A stretch of DNA of 63,178 nt, counting the filler, from Octopus bimaculoides (taxonomy: Eukaryota): assembly GCF_001194135.2 (NCBI RefSeq). It is 5 parts of 4 records of this genome, joined end to end, with 100 filler letters (N's around TTAATTAATTAA, not from the genome) between each part and the next. Parts side by side here need not be neighbours in the genome. Positions count along the whole stretch, not along the records: positions 22,801 to 51,522 come from NC_068983.1; 4 more parts are not named here. One strand, given 5' to 3'. A model generated the notes under the pieces. It was not told the origin of the DNA. It saw only the letters and a list, made by a program, of their open reading frames with translations, and did no database searches. The position numbers were made by a program, and so were the translations under genes. The number at the start of each line of letters is the position of its first letter. Positions within the stretch are counted from its first letter, which is position 1. Below are positions 23,990 to 37,382 of this stretch, piece by piece.

Positions 23990-26090
23990 ATCTTACCAAT
24001 CGGTTTCACGCAAGGAATACAATGGAGAGTTAGGTAACAATCCGATTATATAACCTTACTCTCATCAGACAGGATCCATACTACAAAGACAAAATTGTTC
24101 AAGTGTATATCTTCGTTTGCAGTAGAAATTTCCCCTGATGAAGGCATTGACTAAACACTTCATTTTGGAGTTTTAAAAAGTCCCGGACCAAGTGAGTTTT
24201 TCAGAATCATTGCTCTTTCAGCCAAAGATAATGTACATTATTTGCTCCCGTTGAGATATGACACAACTTGTTCTAGGATCCTTTATTTAATTATGCATGG
24301 CATACCCTTATTTTTTAAACGTCCTACGTAGCTGGCCAGGGACATGATGTTGCACCTTTCTGGTATCCTAAAGGAGGACCTGTGATTACTCTGACGTTGC
24401 TTGAAAGGGCCACCTATGGAACCGACATACATCTGTGTCTGTGCTCTTGTGCTGGTGGTGTTACAGCCGCTGTTGTTGCTGTCGTTAACACTGCTGATGC
24501 TGTTGTCACATCTGGGCCCGAAGCTGGTGTTGTCGTTGTTGTTGCTACTGTCGCTGGTACTGTTGCTGGTGTTGTTGTCGATGCTACTGCTATCGCTGGA
24601 TGCGATCCTGATGTTGCAGTTGCCGCTGCTGTAGCTGTCATTACCGGGCATACTGCTAGTGTTGTTACCGCTGTTGGTATTGCTGCTGTGATTGCCTCTG
24701 TTGCTTGACATGCTGCTGGTGTAACTGCCACAGCCGTTGCAATTGATGTCGCTGTTTTTTGTTACTGGCAGATGCGTTGTTGGTGCCGTTGCTACTGTTG
24801 TTGTCAACACTGTCGCTGCGGCCGCCATGGAGTTGCATTGACCTCCCACTGGGCATTCATTGTAAACCTACATGAGCATCCTGCTTCTGCTCGTGGTTTA
24901 GGGGTGCTCATTAATATTTTTTTAACGTTGGGCACACAGTTGAAGGAGACCCTTAAATTGTGTCTATTAAACAGACATCCGATTCTGTGTGGCTGTGTGA
25001 ACTAATCTAAGGAATATCCTTCCAACGCAAGTCTTAACGTTGAGTGAGAAGGATGGGAAAAACCAAACGACTTTATGGTGGCGCTTCCTTTTGTGAGTAC
25101 TAGGGCCCAACATATAGGAAATGCAGTCCTTAAACCCCCTGGACACCAAAACCTCGTTGCAATAGGGGGCTGGGACAGAAAATTTCTTGACTAGAAGACA
25201 GATTCGAAATCCTCTTGCTGACACCCTTCATTAGTTTCATAAACATAGGTAGGTGACAGGAGACTGTATTAATGTACGACAGTCTATCGTTTGATTTGCA
25301 GTAAGGCCTGTATGAACAGGTACCCAGGTCCAACATAACAACTAAAAAGTTAACAATGGAAAGGTTAGTTTCAATTGTAATTTGTGGTCCAATGGAACTA
25401 AGGATGCAAATAAGGTCCTTCTTAAGCCTATCTAGGGTATGTCCATTAGTGCCTCTAGAAATGGCTAAAGCGTCATCTCTGTACAGACCAAAGAAAACTG
25501 ACAGGAATCTCTTTGTTAAGATGTTCAGTATATACAATCCTATAAGGTTGCAGATACCCATGCTGTCGAAGGATCCTATCACCACATCAAAGGAGCATAC
25601 CAGGTCAGTTTGTCTGACCCAGGCCGAACCTTTATTGAACAGCAGCATCTTCCTAACATGCATAATTACATCTATGTCTCTATTGCTAATGTCAGTGAAA
25701 TTCCTTGCAAACCAGGACTGCAACATAGAAGGGACAAATTTTAACAAAGTTACATTACTTTAAAAAGAAGGGAAAGAGTTTTGACTTTTTGGATGGAGAT
25801 CCTTTATCAAAGAAAAAATAAAGAAAAAATATGGGTGGAACGGAAAAAACTGAGGGGAGTTAGGGGCCAGGTGGGAAATTGGTTCTATGGAGGAGTTAGA
25901 AAACGTAGAAGGGTGGGCTATAGAAGTGCATCTGAGTATTGAGGTCTGCATATGTGGAGGGAGTGTATGTGGTTTCTGGAGGTGTAGGTGTGTAGAGGTG
26001 TGCAAGAGTGGGAGTAGTAGTCTGGGATACATACATAGCAGAGTAGTGTTTGGTTTGAGGGAAAACATAAGTTAGCGGAGTATGTTTTCA
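23990..26090 (-). mobile_element. Degenerate Penelope-like element (Naiad-type RT + C-terminal GIY-YIG)
   Basis: RT motifs FDVVIGSFDS.GIC.LIGLYIL, GLYRDDAL, VNFL.V.LDL. Then FNRHNLRVSF, ECPVGGQC, YVGSIGGPFKQR.SNHRSSF, C.L.LAE..MIL, CLHQGKFLL. Multiple stops and frameshifts. Confidence 0.88.
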
Positions 26091-27594
26091 TGGAGATGTG
26101 GAAGCTATTTTAAGGACTATTTATCATAATAATCTCTTATTGGTCTCATGCATGTAATAAAGACAAACATAAAATAATAGAAAACGCTACTGTTGGGTAG
26201 TTACAATTTTTAGTAGTATTTTGTTTTTGTATCTTGATGGTTTGTGCAACCATTAGGTTCGATTTAGAGAGTATATCTAATTTGATTGAGTAGACATTGA
26301 CATTTTATATAATAAATATATTTTGTCTGTACATTTTAAGAGTATCTCAGAGTTACATTATTGAAATGTGACTACCAATAACGTGGCACTGGTTTCAATA
26401 TCTTGAGAACATAAAATTATACATTAGTTGCCATTTACATATTGTTGTAGTTAAGCAGTTCTATATTTAGAAACAGAATTTCCAATTCAGATAGTTTGCA
26501 GATAATTCTGTATTTAGATTCTTCTAATTTTGTACTCTTATGTGTTTCATTGTTGTTGTTTTTACTAATGATGTTAGATCTTCCAGCAACACCCATTCCA
26601 TTTTTTTCATATATGAAAGGGTATGATACATTGTCTAATATATTCAGTAGGTATGGCTGCGTACATAGGTGCAGGTATGGCTGTGTGCATAGGCACAGGT
26701 GTGGCTGTGTGCATAGGTGCAGGCATGGTTGTGTGGTAAGAAGCTTGCTTCCCAACCACATGGTTCCAGGTTCAGTCTCACTGTGTGGCACCTTGGGCAA
26801 GAGTTTTCCACTATAGCCTCAGGCCAACCAAAGCCTTGTGAGTGGATCTGGTAGATGGAAATTGAAAGAAACCCGTTGCACGTATGTGTGTGTGTCTGTG
26901 TCTATGTCTGTGTGTCTGACAACCAGTGTTAGTGAGCTTACATACTCTGTAACTTAGTGGTTCAGCAAAAAGAGACCAATAGAATAAGTACCAGATTTTT
27001 TTTAATAGTCCTCGGGGTGATTCATCCGACTAAAACCTTTCAAGGTAGTGCCCCAGCATGAACACAATCAAATAACTGAAACAAATAAAAGATTATTCAA
27101 GCCAGTAGAGTTTGATTAAGCAGTTCACATAAGAAGGGCAATGCAGCAAACATGTCAATTTTTCGCCACTATCATTATTACTCCTGTCCTTCTTTCTATG
27201 ATTATCTATATGTATCTCTCTCTCTCTCTCTCTATTCCAAACTGACTGACAGACAGATAGGGAAAAAGAAAGGAAGATAAAAGAAAAACTGAAGGAAGAA
27301 GGAAAATAGTTTGATATTCCAAGCCTATTTTTGAATATTATTTTACTGACACTACCATTCTTTTCCAGCTTTTTGCTTATATTACTCTATTTCAACTACC
27401 TATGTTTCTTCATCATTGTCTTTGTTATTTCTGCGTTTAATTTTAATATCATGTACTGTCTATTCATTGTGATAGTGATATATTGTATTTGTAGTTACCT
27501 CTTTTATCTTTTTTAAAACTTAAATTGTCTATTATGTATGCTTATTGAATATATATGCTACTTGTGGAATTTTTGCTTAATTTTTATTCTTATA

Positions 27595-28784
27595 TTGGGT
27601 TGTCCGGAAAGTTCGTGCCAATTTATAGTAGCTTACCTTTCAACTTATTTTAGAACATGGTTGGGTTCATAAAATAGGATTTGACTACACCTCCATTTAG
27701 AGCACAGTTTAAGTTATCTTTTCATGGAAGAAGGTTTATGTTCCTATAACCTGTGTTAATTCTGCAACCCTTTAAAATGGAAGATAAGAAAGTTCGTTTT
27801 TGGCACTTGATGCTTTTCTTTTTCCGTAAAGGGAAAAATGCCTCACAAGCAACCAAAGAAATATGCGCAGTTTACGGTGATGTTTCTTTATCCGAAAGAA
27901 CTGTATGGAAGTGGTTCGCAAGGTTCTGAGCTGGAGATTGTAGCCTTATTGATAAAGAGCGATCAGGTAGACCATCCACTACAGATGATGACCAAATCAA
28001 ATCATTAATTGAGAATAAACCACATTGCACAACCCAGGAATTGGCAGAAAGCCTCAACCTATCAAAATCCATCGTTCATGAGCACCTGGTAAAGCTTGGA
28101 TACACAAATTACTATGATGTTTGGGTACCACATGAATTGAGTGAGAATAACCTTTTGGATCGCATTTCCATCTGGGATTCGCTTTATAAACGAAACGAAA
28201 ACATGCCTTTTTTAAAGCAAATTGTGACAGGTGATGAGAAATGGATTATCTACCAGAATGTTCAGAGAAGCGATCCTGCAGTAAGTGACATGAGCCACCC
28301 TTAGCCACCCCAAAAGCGGGTCTTCACCCTAAAAAAGTCTTGCTTTGTGTCTGGTGGGATTGGAAAGGAATTCTGTACTATGAGCTTCTCCCAAGTAACC
28401 AGACAATTAATTCTGAGAAATACTGCACACGACTGGATGGGTTAAAAGTAGCAATTCAAGATAAACGTCCAGAATAAGACAAAAATTGCTACAGCTTGGC
28501 TGGGATGTGTTACCCCACCCTCCATATTCACCAGATATAGCTCCTTTGGATTTCCACTTATTAAGGTCTTAATTCCTTGGATGATGTAAAAAGATACCTT
28601 GATGAATTCTTTGCCATGAAACCACCTCAATTCTGGGAAGAGGGTATTTTCAAGTTAAAGGAAAGATGGAGACACATTGTGCAACAAAATGGTTCATATT
28701 TGGTTGATTAAAAATGTAATGGCATGTATTTATTGACCTTTTTCTTTCCTTTAAAAATCACCATGAACTTTCCAGACAACCCAA
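27595..28784 (+). mobile_element. Near-full-length mariner transposon with a pseudogenised transposase (ATG 27777 to TAA 28711)
   Basis: TIRs ttgggttgtccggaaagttc / gaactttccagacaacccaa, TA TSDs, motifs WVPHEL, TGDEKW, YSPDIAPLDF. Stops are present and the second catalytic Asp region appears deleted. Confidence 0.95.
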
Positions 28785-29193
28785 TATNNNNNNNNNNNNN
28801 NNNNNNNNNNNNNNNNNNNNNNNNNNNNNNNNNNNNNNNNNNNNNNNNNNNNNNNNNNNNNNNNNNNNNNNNNNNNNNNNNNNNNNNNNNNNNNNNNNNN
28901 NNNNNNNNNNNNNNNNNNNNNNNNNNNNNNNNNNNNNNNNNNNNNNNNNNNNNNNNNNNNNNNNNNNNNNNNNNNNNNNNNNNNNNNNNNNNNNNNNNNN
29001 NNNNNNNNNNNNNNNNNNNNNNNNAGTCTGCAGATGCCAAACCAGCAGGGGGACACTGCTGACCTCCCCTGTTCGAAGGTTATAAAGGACACAGGTTTCG
29101 TGTGTCACATAGCTAGCTAGAGGCGATGGCTTCTTGGAGCTAATTCACGGCAGCTTTCGTCCTAATTTTGGGACTGCCATGTTGGCTTGGCGA

Positions 29194-29228
<35 letters not shown>

Positions 29229-32059
29229 TAGCATCTCTTAATTATTTTGTTGATTGTATGTACTTCAGTTTTCCAAACATCTGCTTCTTTGAATTGTTTT
29301 TTCACAATGTTCAAAAGTTGTCTCTTTCACCTACATGTTGTAACACCCATCCATTTGTCCAATGGTCCTTGTAAGATCTTGTAATATTCTCCTATACACC
29401 CACATTTCAAACACTTTGACTATGTTCTCTTCAAATTTATTCAGAGTCCATGCTTTGCCTCTTGGCCAAATGAGCATTCACACTAACTTCTTTTTAGCTT
29501 AGTTGGGACACTTTTGCTACACCAGATGTTATTAAGCTTTTCCATGGACATTCTTACCATGGTTACCCATGTCCTAATTTGTTTCTTACATGTGTCTTAA
29601 TCAGGAAAACTTTCATTGTAATGTCATCAATGTGTTGAAAGTGTATGATGCATGATGACAGTGATATTGTACTCCTCTAGTGTATATGTTGGTGATTGTA
29701 GTGGTGTTGAATTTTGAGAAACTTGAATCTGCTTTGTGGTGAACAGGTTAGAGTGGACTGTTTTCCAAGCTTTAAAGTGTTTTATGAAGGTAATAGTTGG
29801 GTGGTCAGAGAGTGGCAGATGATGTCTGAAGAAAAGATAGTCCTGGTTTGGTGAAGTATATTTAGATTGTTTTGAAAGTAAAGGGATTTTAGCTATGACA
29901 CTATTTCATCACTTTATGTATTCTTTGTATTTTTAAAAAACCAAGGTGTATTGGATGCATTAAAGTTTCCCTCATTCAAAGTGTTTAATATATTAAGGTG
30001 TTTTATGGTGAGGTATAAAACCCAAAGCATAACATACAACTGGAATCATTATAATTTTTCACAATTAGTAGAGTAGTGGGAACTAAAGCATATCTCTTAA
30101 CTTCATGTTCAATGTGGCCTTTCATCCTTTTGGAATTGAAAAAATGTTTTTAAAAAGTTAAGGACTAGTAATTAGAGTCACTAGTCCCCAATGTTTCATT
30201 GGAGACTTTACAGACAGGGAAATATCCCTTTATTATATTATAATTTGAATTCTTTTTAATCATACATAATGTAAATAGGGAAATTAAATTTGCCTAAAGA
30301 CAAAAACTATATCTTTTGAAATATATCGATTATGATTTAATAACAGTGACATGTTTTTAACAAAAACTCAATGTGTGCCATGTACTAAGTTAAAAACGTT
30401 GTAGAACATAGGTATACGAGGTAATGTAGAAAAATTGGTTATTCTTCATTGTTTGACAATGAGGATTCAGTTTATCAAATGACTGAAATACCTGCTCCTG
30501 AATTGACATGTGAGTTGCAAAGCATTCCACAGACATGCATACAATTAATGTAATTTTCAAGCAGAATCAGTAGGATACACAGTATGACAAATGCAAGAAT
30601 TACAGATACAAAACCATTTATCAAACTTCTATACAGTTTCCATCAACCCAATATCACTCACAACATAAAGGTTGACCTGAGACTATAAAAAACAAATTAA
30701 CACTTGCCCATTATGCAATGTGATTGGACACATGACCTAATAGTTGCAAGCAAACTTTTTAATCATTTGGCCATATAGTAAATATAGTACCTACCAGTTA
30801 GTATGGAATATATTTTCTACTTGTCATTAGCTGTTAACTGTCATGTCTGAGAGTTAAAAACGGCTTCTAGTTCAGTGTTAATGAAATATTGTTTCTAGTT
30901 AAGCAAGCTATGTAATCTGAGAAGGTGGCTCAATAGTTTTTGAATATCATGTAGTAGATCATCATCATTTAACATCTGTCTTCCATTCATGCATGAGTAG
31001 GAAGGTTGACAGGAGCCAACCAGGTAGAAGACTACCCAAGGCTACTGTGTGTTTTGGCAGGGTTTTTATGGCTAGATGCCCTTCCTAACACCAATCACTT
31101 TGCAGAGTAGACTCAGTGCTAGAACAGGTGAGGTTAGTTTTTAAATGATTTTTACAGTTGGATGCCCTTCCAAATACCAACCACTTTACAGTGTGGATTG
31201 GATGTTTTTTACATGACACCAGTATGGCAGGATCACCAAGTAACTCGCAAGACAAGGAATTTTGAGAGGGGCAGGGGTATTTGAGGAGGGAACTTGTGTC
31301 TGAGGATGAAAGGTTAGAGTGTGACAGAGAGGCAGAAACAGGTGTCTTGCTACAATGGAAAGGGCACTGGAGGAGGTGATCCAGTGTCAAATGATGAAAG
31401 GTTAGAGAGTGACAGAGAAATAGAGAGGCAGAAACAGATGTCTTGTTATAGAGGAGATACATGGTTACCCAGCGAGAGAGAGAGAGGGGGGGAGGGAGGG
31501 AGAAAGAGAAAGAGACAGGAAGAGAGAGAGAAGTTCAAGAAAAAGGACAGAAACAGGTATACTGATGTTAAGAAGATACTTAGTTACCTAGTTAGAGGGA
31601 AAAGCAAGAGGAGATAAAGAGTGATCAAGACTGAGGGTAGTAACAGATGTGCTGCTGTAGAGGAGATACATGGCTACCCGGCCAGAGGGAAGAGCAAGAG
31701 AAAGAGAGAGAGAGAGTAGAAAACAGCAAAAGTGCAAGAGAGAGCAGGAGAGAGAGGGTGAAGTGCTAGGGTATACTCACAAGTAACAAGGATCAGAGCA
31801 TAGATGTGATGGTAGAGTAAGGAAGAGAGAGGTACAGAGGTCATAATATATGTAGTCAGGTATTGCCTAGAAGATGCAAGTATGGAGTGGAGATTGCAGT
31901 GACTGGCAAAAACTTGGGTAGAAAAATGGAATGTTGTAACATTGCTCAGCACAAGTATAGAACAAGAAAGATCTTGTATGTGTACTGAAGCTAAGTATAT
32001 TATGAGTATATTTGTGAATATATGTGTTATGTGCCCTGTGAACAACATATATATTGGTA

Positions 32060-33160
32060 CACATGACTTATTTTTTTTTTTTTTACATTTGCTAGATCTG
32101 GACTAAGAGAGCATCCATGGCCTTCACAAGAGTTCCTACACCAATGAGACTAATGCCATGAATGTGAACCGGTACATGAAAGATGCAAGTAGGGTGGAAA
32201 TTCTAAAGGACCAATATTCTGAAAAGGAAGAATTGGGACTGGGTGGAGTGATTAGTGCAGGGCTTGAGAAGGTTGGATCATACATGAGTATGAGAGATAG
32301 AGTGCTTAAAAGCCAGATGCTGAACTGCACTTGTGACAGCCAATCAGACAGCTAACCTTTTTTGGATGCAGTCTGTGCAGCAGCAGTAGTGGTACAGTCT
32401 TGCATGTAAGAGCAATACTCAATTGTAGGCATCACCTGGGTATTGTAGAGTATCCATAATTGTTAGGAATTCATCCTTCTGACCATGAAGAGAAGAACCA
32501 GTCTTTGGAATACAGTCCTAGTTACATTAAGCATGGGCTTTCCTAATTTTTAAGGTTCTAGCTGAGTGCTGCTCATGCTTAAGGGGTGGAGTGTGATGAT
32601 GTTTTCTGATAGGAGTCGTATATGATGTGTCTTACTTACCAAAGAGACAAGATTGGAATATCCCTATTGGAGGATACTTTCAAGACCATGCTGTCAGTGT
32701 ATTGGCATATGATGTCTTGGTTGTGAATGGGTGAGTGGACGATGTATGATTGGGGAATGTTTGGAAGGAAGGGTAGTACCATCTGTGTAAAAATAAGTGT
32801 TGTTGGATGTGGTGGCAAATAAGTCACTGATATACAGAAGGAAGGGATTGAAGGACAAAACCAGCCCCTGAGGAATGCCGGAGTTAATAAAACAAGGGGG
32901 AGAAATAGTTCTGTTAACACACATAGTAATAGTGAAAGCTAACAATCCAAGTGATGAGAGCTTACAACAGGCAGTTTCTATAGGAGATTCACATCCCAGA
33001 CCCAGCCAAAAGATCTGCAGATGTCAACATTATTGTTTTCACCAAATTTCGTTACAAAATCTCACTGGTGGTGATGGAGTAAAACAGGCTACTAGCAGAT
33101 CTGGTTTTATAGAAACTGCACTTTGTGGTCATGTGTGTGTGTGTATTTTGTTGATTTGAA
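32060..33160 (-). mobile_element. CR1/Jockey-group LINE RT fragment, degenerate
   Basis: SGIPQGLVLS..FLLYISDL...YFYTDGTTL corresponds to RT motifs GVPQGSVL.P.LF and YADD. Confidence 0.7.
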
Positions 33161-33900
33161 GAAGGTATTTGACAGGGTACCACAGTCACTAGGGAAACTA
33201 GGTATTGACAGTTTGAGTCCATAGCTTAGCCCCTAGTCTCCATCTTACTCATCACAGGCCTACAAATCATCCCAGAGAAAATCCAGGACACAGAAACCAA
33301 GCTTAGAATTGAGAGGCCTTCAGGTGAATTTAGCAAAAGCAAAGGTCTTAGTAAGTAGGAAAGAAGACAGGACTCCAGTACCCAAGGTATAAACTCCATA
33401 TGCTGTACCCAATGTAAGCTATGGACACTCAAATAATATAGTGGTATCAAAGTAGTCTAGCAGGGAAGATAAACTTCATATGTGATAGATGCACTAGAGC
33501 AGTACATAGTACAGACACAGCAGAAATAGAGTCACTTAAATGGCTGGATGGCTCACTAGAAGTAGTTGATAGCTTCTTTTACCTGGGAAATGTGTTAAGC
33601 AATGGAAGCAGTTGCTCTGAAAGTATAGTAGCTAGAGTAAGAACAGGCTGGAGAAAGTTCAAGGAGCTGCTATCATTGTTGGCAACAAAGGCTTTTTCCA
33701 CAAGGTGAAGAGCAAATTGTATGATGTTTGTGTTAGACCTGCTACATGGTAGTAAGACATGGGCCTTGAGAAGATTGGAAATGAAACGAAGTGAGCATGT
33801 TCAGTGGGACATGCAACATGAGTGTGCAGGAAGATATGGGATGAAGCAGTGAATGCTGAACCTCACAGAAGAGATGACAAAAGGCCTGTATATCTGGTGA
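33130..33900 (+). mobile_element. RTE-clade LINE RT fragment. Further RTE pieces 29340-29620(-), 44560-44880(-), 45030-45310(-), 57356-57500(+)
   Basis: VDLKKVFDRVP; VDSFFYLGNV...RVRTGWRKFKEL..LL...KLYDVCVR..LHGS.TW; RGRPRKTW at the 3' pieces. Confidence 0.8.
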
Positions 33901-34478
33901 TATGAAGTTCTCAAGATCACCCATCTCAGTGAAATTGAGTTCTGGAAGTGGTAGGTTTATTCTACTCTCCAGTATACATTACATTGATTCACCCTCCACC
34001 CCCACTAAAACAAACTGTCTCTCATACATTATGCCTACTCCAACTTCACTCTTGTACCTACCAGATCTTATTATTTCAGTCTTCCCATCCCCCTATCAAC
34101 TATATCATCATTACTCAACAGTGCCATTCTTCAACTCAATCTTTCTATCCACTCATCTTCTGCTCTCCATACAATCTTGCAAACACCCCACTGACCTCAC
34201 TTATATTTATCTCATGCCTTGAGGGGCAACTTGGACACCTCATCTCTTCACAGCTCCTATTGATCACTCTCCCCCTCCTACTAAATGTGAGTAGCCATGC
34301 AGCTCTTCAACAAGAACCCGGTCTATTCCAGCTCTTCTTTGCATACTTTAACCCCTTGCTAAAGCAGACACTGGAGCACAATTTAATCCTTGGACCCATC
34401 AGATCCTGTCAAACTGTTCAACACATGCCAACATGGACCTCAGATTATGATGACAATGATGACTGCATGTGTGTATGT

Positions 34479-34544
<66 letters not shown>

Positions 34545-34547
<3 letters not shown>

Positions 34548-36150
34548 GAAAACAAAAAATAGAACAAGAACATAACAGGCAACAACAAAATATCCAGACA
34601 GACGATATAAAAAAGGACAAGAAAAAAACAAGGACGGGTCATTCAGAGCTTCATATCTTCAGTCAAGTTCCAGATCATCATTGCAGTTTTAGCCGGTTAC
34701 ACTCGAGACTGCTCCAATCTGGCTAGACCCAAGAAAATCTAAGCTAAAAGCACCAGACTCCTTTGAAGAAAGCAAGCGAATGTATACAAAAACAAGGATG
34801 AAAAAAACAGAGAAATGGTACACAATTACAAATACAATCAACAGGATATTAACAACAGGTGTCTTTCAACTAAGGAAAAATTGAATTCAGTTGGTGTGTG
34901 TGGAAGTGAAACCCTTTGGCAGGAACATAAGAGAGGAAAGTCATGGGAAGGAACATAAGAGATGCTACACAGATGGTAGTTAAACCAAGGAAGAAAGGTC
35001 AGGCTTGGCAGAACACCGGTCATGTGGAAGGAGAGGAGAGAGGTAGGGGGCAGAAGAATTGAAGAATTAGGGAGGGACAAGAAAGGGAGAAAAAGAAAGG
35101 AAAGAGACAGAGTGGAGTAAAAGAGGAGGGAAAGTGAGAATGAAAGGAAGGCCAAGAAATGAGAGAGGGGAAGCATGAAAAAGAAATGAGGCGTAGGAGT
35201 GGCTGTGTGGTAAGTAGCTTGCTTACGAACCACATGGTTCCGGGTTCAGTCCCACTGCGTGGCACCTTGGGTAAGTGTCTTCTACTATAGCCTCGGGCTG
35301 ACCAAAGCCTTGCGAGTGGATTTGGTAGACGGAAACTGAAAGAAGCCCATCGTATATATGTATATATATGTATGTGTGTATGCTTGTGCATCTGTGTTTG
35401 TCCCCCCAACATCACTTGACAACCGATGCTGGTGTGTTTACGTCCCTGTAACTGCGGTTTGGCAAATGAGACCAGTAGAATAAGTACAAGGCTTACAAAG
35501 AATAAGTCCTGGAGTTGGTTTGCTAGACTAAAGGCCAGCATGGCTACAGTCAAATGATTGAAGCAAGTAAAAGAGAAAAGCGAAAAAAAGAACGGAGAAT
35601 GTGTGAAGAGGGCTAAAAGAAAGAGTAAAAGAGTTGTATAGAATTTAGATATATATGTACTTAAATAGAGGAGACCAAAAGTGTACGTACGCTGCTACAT
35701 GTATAAATAAAAAAGAAAACAAAAAATAGAACAAGAACGAGAATGTTACAGGCAACAACAAAACATCCGAACAGTTAGACAATACAAAAAAGGATAGGAA
35801 AAACAAGGACGGGTCATTCAGAGCTTCCTATCTTAAGTCGTGTTCCAGATCATCATTGCAGTTTCAGCTGGTTACACTCGAGATTGCTCCAATCTGGCAG
35901 GCCCCAAGAAAATCTAAGCTAAGAGCACTAGACTCCTTGGAAGAAAGCAAGTGAATGTATATGAAAACAAGGATGAAAAAAATGGAGAAATGGTACACAA
36001 TTATAAATACAAACAACAGGTGCCTTTCAACTAAGGACGAATTAAATTAAGCTGGCGTGTGTGAAAGTGAAGCCTTATGGCAGGGACATAAAGACATGAA
36101 AGTCGTGGGAAGGAATATAAGAGATACTACACGGATGATAGTCGAACCAA
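34545..36150 (-). repeat. Two diverged direct copies (~34545-35010 and ~35705-36150) of a probable retroelement 3' fragment flanking a family A SINE
   Basis: Colinear shared sequence (aacaaggacgggtcattcagagcttc...gattgctccaatctggc...aagaaagcaag.gaatgtat). Family assignment uncertain. Confidence 0.6.
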
Positions 36151-36207
36151 GAAAGAAAGGTGTATACACACGCACACACACACACACATACACATGCACA
36201 CATAATA

Positions 36208-37382
36208 CAGGGTATCTTAAAAATGTATACATACATTGAATGATTATAAAGTCAGTGTTTATGAAAATACAATTTATTTTCAAAATTTAATAGAATCTAC
36301 ATACAAAATTTTTTGTTTTTTTTATGAATGCCAGTTTTCAAACCCATGAACATTCTCTGTTCAGGCACTGCTAATGATGTGAAGCAATGAAACTGTGAAC
36401 ATCTAGAAACATTTCATTCAGTATTTAAGCACACTGAATTTGTTGATTGTTGCAGGTTTTGTACCAGAAACTTTATCTTTTAAGTATCCCCACAAAATAA
36501 TCTAATGGTGTGAGTTCCAGTGAAGACAGGGTATTCTACTGAATCTCTGTTTGGCAAAATCTCATCAAAGATGGCACTTACATTAGTATGGTAGCATGGG
36601 GGAAGGGCCTTCTTGCAGGAAATATGACTCCACATCTTTAAAGTCCTCTTGAATTCTTTGCATGAGAGATTGTCATGTTGCAGCAAGTTCAAGTAAATGG
36701 TATCAGTCAAAGATCCATCAAAAATGAACTATCCATTTAATCCTTTTGTTGATAAGCCATACCATATTGTAACCTCTGTTAACTAACATTACGTTCCTCC
36801 ATATGTACCAGTAGGTGCAGTTGTGGTGATAATTAAACAATTTGATTTAAATGTAGCCTCATCACTCCAAACAATTTTTGTAGCAATGAATGCATTTTCT
36901 ACACATCTTGCTAAGTACCACTCACAAAACACCACTCTTGGGTCCAGATCATCTTCATTGAGATCATGGACTATTCTTAGAACATGACTTTTCCAATAAT
37001 TGCACTTCAAAATGTGATGGACACTTGATTTTGAAATTTCTATCTCACAACTCACTTGTTGTACAGATTTCCTTGAACTCTAGCAATTCATTTCTTTCTT
37101 GCTTTGTGTAGCTCATCTATGTCTGTAGTCTTTCAGAATGTTGCTTGTGGACATTCTAAACAGTTCCATCTCAAATTCAAGTGATAAGTCACTTAAGTGA
37201 ACCTGTTTGAAACTCTCTCCTAAATTGTCATAGCATTTTGACTGTATTTTCAAATTTCCAGTACCACTTAGGAATATATTTCCTTCATTCAAAGTTTAAT
37301 CTGGCCCCCTTTGTTATTTCTAATGGGTTAAATCAAGAGTCATCAGCTGTAAAATGTGTATACATTTTAGGGGGAGACCCTG
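36208..37382 (-). mobile_element. Tc1/mariner-superfamily DNA transposon, degenerate
   Basis: TIRs cagggt.tc..(a)aaaatgtatac with TA TSDs. Minus-strand HDLNEDD.D.R..FCEW...IVWSDEATF. Confidence 0.85.

Noticed and set aside
24135-24160. Plus-strand CTGATGAAGGC as a hammerhead core
   Set aside because: It is the antisense of the PLE coding motif CLHQ, and no GAAA follows.
26435-26650. Minus-strand open frame ...MGVAGRSNIISKNNNNETHKSTKLEESKY...
   Set aside because: No recognisable domain or convincing splice sites; the frame starts within a SINE.
34655-34705. Minus-strand GAAA...CTGAAGA (also ~35830-35870) as a type II/III hammerhead
   Set aside because: Could not build stems I-III.
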